DNA of 64,000 nucleotides from Parachlamydiales bacterium (GTDB lineage: Bacteria > Chlamydiota > Chlamydiia > Chlamydiales > Rhabdochlamydiaceae): NCBI GenBank assembly GCA_963705295.1, contig OY970065.1, positions 1,792,001 through 1,856,000 on the forward strand, given 5' to 3'. Each line of letters begins with the position of its first letter. The first letter of the stretch is position 1. A program made the translations under genes and the position numbers. Positions 47,964 to 56,138 of the stretch are shown piece by piece. Below the pieces are notes generated by a model that searched no databases, had not been told where the DNA came from, and was given only the letters and a program-made list of their open reading frames with translations.

Positions 47964-48077
47964 ATACGGCCAAATTTGGCCGTATTCCCCCCAATACGGC
48001 CAAAAAGCTTGAAATTTGGCCGTATTTACCCTAAAATTGGCCGTATATGGACTTTAGAGACAAAAAAATGGCCGTAT
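47964..48077. promoter_or_regulatory. Six TGGCCGTAT motifs (two inverted pairs plus direct copies), putative operator array
   Basis: Perfect palindrome atacggccaaatttggccgtat at 47964-47985; further copies at 47994, 48015, 48037 and 48068, the last inside the Fic ORF. Confidence 0.7.
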
Positions 48078-49411
48078 TACACCGGTTAAGCCAAGAGTCA
48101 GAAACAATCAGTTTATTGGAGCTCCTTAAAAAATTGGGCGAGGAGTTCGCTGAACGGAGTGTTAGACGTTGGTTGATGGAGATGATCAAAGAAGGTTTAG
48201 TTGAAAAAATAGGAAGCAAAAGAGCCACAAAATACAGAGCTACGACACGTGCCCAATCCCGTCGAATTGACACAAGGAGTTGTTTTAGCTCAGATAGTCT
48301 AAAAGTGCTGATCCAAGTGCGAAAACCGCTTTTTGAGAGGAATCCTTCCGACTACTCCGAAGAATGGTTCGATTCTTACAAACCGAATGCAACGTTCTAT
48401 ATTCCCCTAAGTTTTAGGACACAACTTCATCAAGCGGGTAAAAGATCTAAACAACACGACCCTGCTGGCACCTATGCTCATCAAATTTTTGATCGTTTAC
48501 TCATAGACCTTTCCTATAATTCCTCAAGGTTAGAAGGAAATTCATATTCTCTTTTAGATACCCAACGTTTAATTCTTGAAGGTAAAGGAGCCGAAGGAAA
48601 ACTCTACGAAGATAAAGTGATGATTCTAAATCACAAAGAAGCCATCCATTATTTAGTCGATAATGCGCCGCGCTTAAAAATAAGCACGAGGACAATCTAT
48701 ACTCTTCATTACCTTCTCTCAGATGGTTTAGTAGAAGCCGAGCATTCTGGAAAAGTTAGAGATCATACGATTCGTATTGGAGGCTCAACCTACATTCCTT
48801 TCGAAGATCCAAAACGGCTCCGTTTCCAACTGGAGCGGATAACAGAAAAAGCCTCCCTCATAAACGATCCTTATGAACAGAGTCTTTTTTTACTTGTTCA
48901 TATCAGCTATTTACAAGCTTTTTCTGACGTCAACAAAAGAACAGCGCGCTTAAGTGCAAATCTACCTCTTATTACACATAATTTTGTTCCTCTTTCCTTC
49001 AATGATGTCGAAAGGAATGATTATATTTCTGCGATCATTGCGATTTATGAATTACAAAATGTGCAGCCCTTAGTAGATCTTTATATCTATTCTTACATGC
49101 GGACTTGCGCTATGTACGATTCAACTATAAAAGCCATAGGCTTTGATGAAGTGCGGGTCCGTTACAGGCAAGAGCGCCGTGCGATTATCCGTAATATTAT
49201 TCTTCATCAACTCACCGATGACGGTATGAAAGATTACATCGATTCTCAAACAAAAAAATTAATTCCTGAAAATGACCGAGAAGCTTTTATTGCGGATATT
49301 ATGGAAGATCTTCACATGATGAATGGTAATCGCATTGCAGGACTCGGAATTACTTTAGATCAACTGGCTGATTGGTCAAAAAAAACCGGATTCGCGGAGC
49401 GAGAGGAATGA
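48047..49411 (+). CDS. Fic family protein with N-terminal winged HTH and non-canonical Fic motif
   Basis: SSRLEGN, MILNHK.A, LH..LSDGL; Fic motif QAFSDVNKRTAR. Confidence 0.88.
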   Translation: MDFRDKKMAVLHRLSQESETISLLELLKKLGEEFAERSVRRWLMEMIKEGLVEKIGSKRATKYRATTRAQSRRIDTRSCFSSDSLKVLIQVRKPLFERNPSDYSEEWFDSYKPNATFYIPLSFRTQLHQAGKRSKQHDPAGTYAHQIFDRLLIDLSYNSSRLEGNSYSLLDTQRLILEGKGAEGKLYEDKVMILNHKEAIHYLVDNAPRLKISTRTIYTLHYLLSDGLVEAEHSGKVRDHTIRIGGSTYIPFEDPKRLRFQLERITEKASLINDPYEQSLFLLVHISYLQAFSDVNKRTARLSANLPLITHNFVPLSFNDVERNDYISAIIAIYELQNVQPLVDLYIYSYMRTCAMYDSTIKAIGFDEVRVRYRQERRAIIRNIILHQLTDDGMKDYIDSQTKKLIPENDREAFIADIMEDLHMMNGNRIAGLGITLDQLADWSKKTGFAEREE

Positions 49412-49421
49412 GATGGTCATC
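49375..49421. repeat. Direct-repeat copy of the radC 3' end (left island boundary)
   Basis: 49375-49404 is identical to 55472-55501 (30 bp) and 49408-49421 is identical to 55522-55535 (14 bp). The spacer between the blocks is 17 bp shorter in this copy. Confidence 0.93.
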
Positions 49422-49436
49422 CATATTGCCAATACA

Positions 49437-50372
49437 TCATGTAAAAAAAAGAGGGGCTGTAAAAATCAAACTATCGATCCGATCGAGCAATCCTCCGTGA
49501 CCGGGCAAAAGTGTCCCAAAGTCTTTGACTTTGACATCACGCTTTAGGGCTGACATCGTAATGTCACCCAGAAATCCGGCAATGCTTAGGATAACTCCTA
49601 CGAAAGCAGCTAAAGTAGAACCCATAGGTGTCAAAAAAGGTGCAATGAGTATCGAGAAAATAACCGTCGTAACGATTCCTCCTAAAAGTCCTTCGTAGGT
49701 TTTTTTTGGACTAATACTCGGCACAATCTTATGTCTCCCAAAAAGCTTACCCCACATGTATTGGGATGCATCGTTGATTTCCGTAATAAAAAGCAAAAAC
49801 AACATCAGACCTAAAGGTCCTGCTTTGAATCCTATCTGAGAAGAAAAGACAGGTAGATAAGCAACATAGCTCAAGCTATACCCAGCCATCATAATTCCCC
49901 AGTACATGCTCCCCATAGCTTGGAGAAAACCCTCCGTCGTGCCCACGATGATCATCCGAATGGGAATGAGCAGATAAACATATACCGGAATAAAGATCAG
50001 AAAAAGAGTATAACATTCCATCAAAATAAAACCGTATTGGATCGGAATAGATAAATAGAGCCATAATCTGACACGTTGATCTTCTAGACGTTTAGGAATG
50101 ACAAAAAGATATTCCCGAAGGGCAAAGAGGCTAATGAACATCCAAAGTAAAATTAAGCACCAGGGACGGGTCAGAAAAACGATTCCAAAGACACCTACAA
50201 TATACCACCAGGCCAGGATACGTTCTTTAAGATCGGCAAATCTACCTTCTGAATTTTGTTTTATCCAAATAAAAATCTGAAAAAGTCCTAGCAAGGCAAC
50301 AATGAAAAACAATGCCCATAAAATGGGTGGTGTGAGTAATGGAAACCATTCAAAAAATAAATTATTTTCCAT
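49437..50372 (-). CDS. Phosphatidate cytidylyltransferase (CdsA/YnbB-like)
   Basis: ND..QY.WGKLFG, P.ISPKKT.EG and S.LKRD..VKD.G.LLPGHGGLLDRIDS motifs. Confidence 0.92.
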   Translation of the reverse strand: MENNLFFEWFPLLTPPILWALFFIVALLGLFQIFIWIKQNSEGRFADLKERILAWWYIVGVFGIVFLTRPWCLILLWMFISLFALREYLFVIPKRLEDQRVRLWLYLSIPIQYGFILMECYTLFLIFIPVYVYLLIPIRMIIVGTTEGFLQAMGSMYWGIMMAGYSLSYVAYLPVFSSQIGFKAGPLGLMLFLLFITEINDASQYMWGKLFGRHKIVPSISPKKTYEGLLGGIVTTVIFSILIAPFLTPMGSTLAAFVGVILSIAGFLGDITMSALKRDVKVKDFGTLLPGHGGLLDRIDSLIFTAPLFFT

Positions 50373-50447
50373 TTAAGATAAAGACTATACCTCAATTTTG
50401 TTATCTGGGGTGCTTTTTTTTACCAATTCCTCTATAATCCCCTATCT

Positions 50448-51056
50448 ATGGACATTGGATTATACAATTTAAAATATCCCTTTAGGAAAATGATCGGTTT
50501 TTTACTCCCCTTTTTTAGAAATACCCATCCTAATTGGGTTAGTTTATCTCTCATTCCCATTGGGTTATTCACAGCTTTTATTTATTTCTTTGCTCCTCAG
50601 GCACCCATTCTCTATACCATAGGAGCCTTGATGATTCTTTTTCGAATGGTGGTTGGAACTTTAGATGGCCTTATCGCTGTTAAATTCGAAAAGAGCACAC
50701 CGAGTGGCGAAATCATTAACCGGATCGCCCCAGAAATCTGCGATATCTTTTTGATGATCGCCCTCAGCTATTCAGCGCCGGCCTATACTTACCTGGGTAT
50801 CTCGGCGATGGGAATGTGCTGGGCAGTGACATTTTTTGGGCTCGTTGGGATTGTAGCTGGAAGGAAAATTCAAAGCGTTGGTCCAGTAGGACAGACCGAT
50901 CGGATTGCAGCATTGAGTTTATGCTCCGTCCTCCAATATTTTAGTTCTACTTATCATTGGGGTTTTGATTTTATCTATCTCTTTTTGTGGTGGGTTATTG
51001 TGGGCAGCCTCATCACAGTAGGACTCCGGATTTGGCGCACCTTTCGAATTTTATGA
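50448..51056 (+). CDS. CDP-alcohol phosphatidyltransferase family protein (YnbA-like)
   Basis: LY.LK..F, HPN.VS, LDGLIA.......SGEI.N......CD and GP.G..DR motifs. Confidence 0.8.
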   Translation: MDIGLYNLKYPFRKMIGFLLPFFRNTHPNWVSLSLIPIGLFTAFIYFFAPQAPILYTIGALMILFRMVVGTLDGLIAVKFEKSTPSGEIINRIAPEICDIFLMIALSYSAPAYTYLGISAMGMCWAVTFFGLVGIVAGRKIQSVGPVGQTDRIAALSLCSVLQYFSSTYHWGFDFIYLFLWWVIVGSLITVGLRIWRTFRIL

Positions 51057-53020
51057 AGTCTCTACGTCAACGTTTTCCTATTTTACAAGACGGAATTTTC
51101 CTGAATCACGCTGCTACAGCCCCAGTATCCTATGCGACGATCGATCGAATGAAAGCTCTTTGCGATGAAATGCAAAAGCCTCTAGGAGAACATTTCTACC
51201 GCTGGCTCGGGATCTTGGAAGAAACCCGTCGTTTGGTAGCCGAACTTCTCCATGCACATCCGAGTGAAATCGCTTTCACACAAAACACATCATCTTCGCT
51301 CAGTATCATCGCTGGATGTATCGACTTTAAACCAGGAGATCGGGTTCTTGTTCCCCGAGATGAATTCCCTTCTAATCGATATGTTTGGCAAAATCTTAAA
51401 TACCGGGGTGTTGAGTGCTCCTTTTTCGATATTCCGAATGATCAACCCTTACTTGAAGTCTTAGAAAAACAAAATCTTTCCAAGGTTCGTTTAATCGCCC
51501 TAAGCCTGGTCGGTTATCAGACTGGAAAAAAACATGATCTAAAATCGTTTGGGCGATTTTGCCTAGAAAATAACATTTTTAGCTGTGTTGATGCTATTCA
51601 AGCTGTTGGCACAATTCCTATAGATCTTAGAGATTCTCAAATCGATTTTCTAGCCGGAGGCGCTCAGAAATGGCTTCTTGGACCTATTGGATGCGGATAT
51701 TTTTATATTCGTAAAGATCTAATTGAAAAAGTGAATGTCCCTCTCGTAGGTTGGACTAGCACAAGCTACCCTGAAAACTTTGATCTCATGGAGCTCGATT
51801 TCGCTCCTGAAGCACTCCGATTTGAGCCCGGACTTACCAATATCGCTTCCATTGGCGGTTTCAATCAATCGCTGCGAGAATTGGGAAATATTGGTTGGGA
51901 TTATATTTATGAGAAAATCGCAACCAATACACGTTATCTTATAGAAAATCTACGTCAGGTTGAGGGTCTTGAGCTGGCTACCCATGATCCACAAAATCTT
52001 GGTGCCCTCGTCAGCTTTAGAATACCTAAGACCATCAATCCTAAAAAACTCCTTCCTGAACTTGCGAAAAAAGGGATTGTGATTACCGCAAGAGGAAATT
52101 CCCTACGTGTATCGCCCCATTTTTACAATACTACCACTGAACTAGATACATTCATGCAAACCATCGCCAAGCAATTCGATAATCGTCGTATTTTTTTCCC
52201 TGATATACATATTAAAAAACTGCCTCAGAAACAATCGATTTTGCTGCTGGGAGCAACTGGCATATTAGGACAAGAGATCGCTCTCTATCTAGCGGAAAAA
52301 GGGTTCAATGTCACAGGAATTGGTAGAAATATAGCCACCTTAAATGAGCTTCAACAAAAGATTGAAGGTCAATTTCAAACTGGTTTTGAACCGATTGTTT
52401 TAGATCTCATGGATCAAGAGGCTATTACAAAATTTTTCGATACACAACTGTCGCAGCAAAAAAAATATGTTGGACTCATCAACTGCGCTGGAATTGTTGA
52501 AGCAGAACGAGCAGCCGCTTTGAACCCTGTAAAACTCTCCGAAATGTTTCAGGTCAACATGTTAGCCCCCTCTCAATTCATGCAGAATTTTATTTCGAAT
52601 CTCTGTTCAGAAGATGCCATCGGCATCTTAAATATTGTTTCTCCTTCTGGACGTTGTGGTTATCCATTGCTTGGAGGTTATGCTGCGACCCATGCTGCAT
52701 TATGGACCTTTAGCGAGAGTTTAAATCGAGAATTGTTCAAAGAAAAGTTACACGTCACGACTTATGTGGCCGCTCCTATCCATTCTCGCATGCAAAAAAG
52801 GATTGGCCGAACTTTGCTCCGTTACTTTCAAATGAAAGGAAAGTTTAATTACGACCATGCTGAGGAAGTCGCACGTCTTGCGGTGGATGCCTTCTTTGCA
52901 CGAAAAGAGGTTGTTATGAGCCTCAAAAACCGTATTCGTCTGATTTTGAATGCCCTAGCTCCCCGTTTCCTGACCCGCAAAATTTCCAAATTTTGGCTTT
53001 TAGAAAATGCCAAATATTAA
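51053..53020 (+). CDS. Fusion of class V PLP-dependent enzyme and short-chain dehydrogenase/reductase
   Basis: N-terminal half: FLNHAAT.P, NTS, EFPSN, DAIQ, QKWLLGP and RVSPHFYN. C-terminal half: GATGILG, NCAG, VN, S...YAATH. ATGA coupling to the upstream gene. Confidence 0.88.
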   Translation: MKSLRQRFPILQDGIFLNHAATAPVSYATIDRMKALCDEMQKPLGEHFYRWLGILEETRRLVAELLHAHPSEIAFTQNTSSSLSIIAGCIDFKPGDRVLVPRDEFPSNRYVWQNLKYRGVECSFFDIPNDQPLLEVLEKQNLSKVRLIALSLVGYQTGKKHDLKSFGRFCLENNIFSCVDAIQAVGTIPIDLRDSQIDFLAGGAQKWLLGPIGCGYFYIRKDLIEKVNVPLVGWTSTSYPENFDLMELDFAPEALRFEPGLTNIASIGGFNQSLRELGNIGWDYIYEKIATNTRYLIENLRQVEGLELATHDPQNLGALVSFRIPKTINPKKLLPELAKKGIVITARGNSLRVSPHFYNTTTELDTFMQTIAKQFDNRRIFFPDIHIKKLPQKQSILLLGATGILGQEIALYLAEKGFNVTGIGRNIATLNELQQKIEGQFQTGFEPIVLDLMDQEAITKFFDTQLSQQKKYVGLINCAGIVEAERAAALNPVKLSEMFQVNMLAPSQFMQNFISNLCSEDAIGILNIVSPSGRCGYPLLGGYAATHAALWTFSESLNRELFKEKLHVTTYVAAPIHSRMQKRIGRTLLRYFQMKGKFNYDHAEEVARLAVDAFFARKEVVMSLKNRIRLILNALAPRFLTRKISKFWLLENAKY

Positions 53021-55514
53021 TAAATCGATCGCGGATTACATTGAATGTCTCGCATCGGAATTTGATTCTCAAATTGCTATAACGTACTATCACCGATTCC
53101 GCTCGACAACTTACACGTATCGTCAAATCTATGAATTGGCTCTTAAATGTTCGGTTTTCTTTTATGAAAAAGGAATTATTAAAGGGGATCGCATATTGAT
53201 TTATGGAGACAACTGTCCCGAGTGGGTTGTTGTTTTACTAAGCTGCGCCTTGACGGGTATTATTTTAGTTCCTATAGACAGTAAGTCTCCACCTGAGTTT
53301 GTAGAGAAAATAAGGAAAGAAACCGATGCTAAATGGGTCATTTCTGATGCTTCTATTCCCTCGCAAAATACCGTTTTGGATCATCTTTTTTCGATTATCG
53401 AAGCGCATGACTCTAGTCTGTTTTTCAAAAAAAGAGCCCGCTTAAGTCGTGATGATATTTTCGAGATTCTTTACACATCGGGAACTACGGCAGCTCCTAA
53501 AGGCGCCGTCATTCGACATCGGAATTTTATTGCGAGCATTTGGGGACTGCGGGAGCACCATTTAGTTTGTAATAAAAACTGCCGATTTTTATCGATGCTT
53601 CCCTTAAGCCATGTTTTAGAACAGAATGGAGGTTGCCTCTCTGTACTTCGATTTGGAGGCCAGATTGTATATGCGAAACAAGTCCGATTTGCTCGCATCG
53701 TTGAAATCCTAATCCAAGAAAAAATTACCCATATTGTCAGCGTACCGGCTATTTTGAAGAGATTTCAAAACAAAATTGTAGAAGAAAGCGAAACTGGGGG
53801 CACGTCGCATCAATTAAAAAAGCTGCTCCATTTCTCTCAAAATCTTCCTACATTTCTGAGACGACTTTTGTCTCGACCTTTGAGGCAAAAAATTGGACCC
53901 CATCTTCAAGCTTTCCTATGTGGGGGCGCACCATTGAATTTAAGTACTGAGACTTTTTGGGAGAATTTAGGAATTAAGGTCATTCAAGGTTACGGTCTCA
54001 CGGAAAGTTGTGCCATGAGCTGCATAAATACCTTTAATCATCGTCAAAAAGGATCTGTAGGAAAACCCATTCCCAATCAAACTCTCACCCTAGGTAAGGA
54101 CAACGAAATCCTTCTTCGCGGAGATAACATCATTTCCGAATATTACAATGCTCCTGAACTCAATCGAGAATATTTTCGAGATGGATGGTACCATACGGGT
54201 GATGTAGGTCGATGGGATGATGAAGGGAATTTATATATCGTTGGCCGTTTAAAAGAGATGATTCTCACCTCCAATGGACTCAATGTTTTCCCTACAGACA
54301 TTGAAGAAATCTTAAATAATATGGAGGGGATAAAGGAAAGTGCTGTCTTCGAGGATCCTCTGCATGAAGGTAAACTTCTAGCAGGCATTATTCTGGAGAA
54401 TCAAGAAATTGACACGCATATCACCCTTGAAAAAACAAATCGACAACTTGCAACGCATCAACACTTAAGTCAGCTAATTCCTTGGTTTCACCCTTATTTA
54501 CCTAAAACTGTTTCTTTAAAGATTAAGCGGAATGAACTTCCAAAAATCTATGAGCAATATTCCACAAAAAAAGTGAGCGTCTCACAACCACAACAAGATC
54601 CTCTTCTTCATATCATTGCTGAGATCTGTCGGGTTCCCGCCTCAGGCTTAGCCCCTGAAACGACTTTAGTTAAAAACTTAAATTTTGATTCACTCAATCT
54701 TGTCGATCTTGTAATTCGACTTGAGTCACAGTTCCGCGTTGATATTGACGAAGCCCAGTTAAACCGAGATTGTAGTATCCAGCAACTCCGCAAACTCATT
54801 ATAGCAGCGCAAAAAATAAAGAAACCACCTCGTCTTTCCCCTTTCTATTGGTCTAGATCTGCAAAAATCATCAGACGGATTTTGCGTATGACCATGGAAG
54901 GAATTATTCGAAGATGGATCAAGATTGAAGTGGTCGGAGTGATTCCTGAAATTCCTAAAAATCGACCGACAATTTTCATTGCTAATCATACAAGTCACTT
55001 AGATACTTTTTCCATTCTGGGAACGGTTCCTTCCTATTTCAAATACCGTATCGCTATCGCAGCAGCCTATGACTATTTTTTTGGAGAGAAAAAAAAGAGA
55101 AGTTTTTTCATGAATCCACTTTTAATCCCTATGTTCCCTTTCCACAGAGATGACTATTTTAGTGAAAATCTGAAAAATATGGGCGAACTTCTCAAGAGTG
55201 GACAACACCTACTCATTTTCCCTGAAGGGACTAGGAGCCGAAATGGAACTATGGCATCTTTTAAGCCTGGTATAGGAATGATTGTAAAAGAAATGAACGC
55301 TCAGGTTGTCCCTATTCACATCGATGGAGCTTATCAGCTATGGCCTTCCTCTGCATCCTATCCGAAAAAAGGAAAGATTCAAGTACGGTATGGCAAACCG
55401 ATAAGCTTCGATTCCACCTTTTCTCCTGAAACGATTACATCCACCTTAGAAACCCATGTCCGCGAACTCGCGTCAAAAAAAACCGGATTCGCGGAGCGAG
55501 ACGAACGAGTTTGA
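53007..55514 (+). CDS. Acyl-AMP ligase - acyl carrier protein - lysophospholipid acyltransferase fusion
   Basis: YTSGTT..PKG, GYGLTE, TGD and GR.KE (adenylation); FDSL (ACP Ser); NHTSHLD and FPEGTRS (PlsC-type). Confidence 0.92.
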   Translation: MPNINKSIADYIECLASEFDSQIAITYYHRFRSTTYTYRQIYELALKCSVFFYEKGIIKGDRILIYGDNCPEWVVVLLSCALTGIILVPIDSKSPPEFVEKIRKETDAKWVISDASIPSQNTVLDHLFSIIEAHDSSLFFKKRARLSRDDIFEILYTSGTTAAPKGAVIRHRNFIASIWGLREHHLVCNKNCRFLSMLPLSHVLEQNGGCLSVLRFGGQIVYAKQVRFARIVEILIQEKITHIVSVPAILKRFQNKIVEESETGGTSHQLKKLLHFSQNLPTFLRRLLSRPLRQKIGPHLQAFLCGGAPLNLSTETFWENLGIKVIQGYGLTESCAMSCINTFNHRQKGSVGKPIPNQTLTLGKDNEILLRGDNIISEYYNAPELNREYFRDGWYHTGDVGRWDDEGNLYIVGRLKEMILTSNGLNVFPTDIEEILNNMEGIKESAVFEDPLHEGKLLAGIILENQEIDTHITLEKTNRQLATHQHLSQLIPWFHPYLPKTVSLKIKRNELPKIYEQYSTKKVSVSQPQQDPLLHIIAEICRVPASGLAPETTLVKNLNFDSLNLVDLVIRLESQFRVDIDEAQLNRDCSIQQLRKLIIAAQKIKKPPRLSPFYWSRSAKIIRRILRMTMEGIIRRWIKIEVVGVIPEIPKNRPTIFIANHTSHLDTFSILGTVPSYFKYRIAIAAAYDYFFGEKKKRSFFMNPLLIPMFPFHRDDYFSENLKNMGELLKSGQHLLIFPEGTRSRNGTMASFKPGIGMIVKEMNAQVVPIHIDGAYQLWPSSASYPKKGKIQVRYGKPISFDSTFSPETITSTLETHVRELASKKTGFAERDERV

Positions 55515-56138
55515 ACCGATGATGAGATGGTCATCGAAGCCGATTCCCATGACTTTACTGGATCTTAGGAGATGTTGTGTGAGTTCAAGGTCGGCCCCTG
55601 ATGGAGTGGGATCGCCACTCGGATGATTGTGAGCGAGGATGAGGCTGCTGGCTTTATGGCGTACAGCTGGAAAAAATATTTCACGTGGATGGACTAAGAC
55701 CTCGGAAAGGGTACCGATGGAGACTTTTTCGCAGCCGATGAGCCGTTGTTTGACATCTTTCAAGATCACCATCAAGATTTCGTGTTTTTGATGGGCTAGA
55801 TCGTTTTTTACCAGTTCATAGGCTTCTTTTGCTCGGATGGGCAAAGAGGGTGAGAATGTTTTTTGGGTTAGCTTGAGGGCGATGCCAAAGGCGGCTTTGA
55901 GTTGAATCGCTTTCGCTCTTCCAATTCCCTTGATTTCCATGAGCTCTTCAATCGATGCTCCTAAAAGTTTTTCTCCAAACTTTGCAACGATTTCTTGAGA
56001 CAGTTCGAGGACCGATTTTTCTTTGGTTCCGGTCGTCAGCAAAATAGCGACGAGTTCCGTGAGTGAAAGAGCGTCGATTCCCAGTGACATGAGACGCTCG
56101 CGGGGCCTTTCTTGCGGAGGTAGTTTAAGCAAGCTCAT
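55473..56138 (-). CDS. radC: RadC family JAB-domain protein
   Basis: ERPRERL, GIG.AKA, VHPREIF, HNHPSGDPTPS..D and DHLIIG motifs. Confidence 0.95.
   Translation of the reverse strand: MSLLKLPPQERPRERLMSLGIDALSLTELVAILLTTGTKEKSVLELSQEIVAKFGEKLLGASIEELMEIKGIGRAKAIQLKAAFGIALKLTQKTFSPSLPIRAKEAYELVKNDLAHQKHEILMVILKDVKQRLIGCEKVSIGTLSEVLVHPREIFFPAVRHKASSLILAHNHPSGDPTPSGADLELTQHLLRSSKVMGIGFDDHLIIGSNSFVSLRESGFF

Larger units (their letters stand above)
49375..55535. mobile_element. Genomic islet integrated at the radC 3' end carrying a lipid-biosynthesis cassette
   Basis: Bounded by radC-derived direct repeats 6097 bp apart; no integrase or transposase inside. Confidence 0.75.

Noticed and set aside
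47964..48077. Short repeats as a possible CRISPR array or replication iterons
   Set aside because: The repeats are only 9-14 bp, in mixed orientation and irregularly spaced, with no cas or rep gene nearby.
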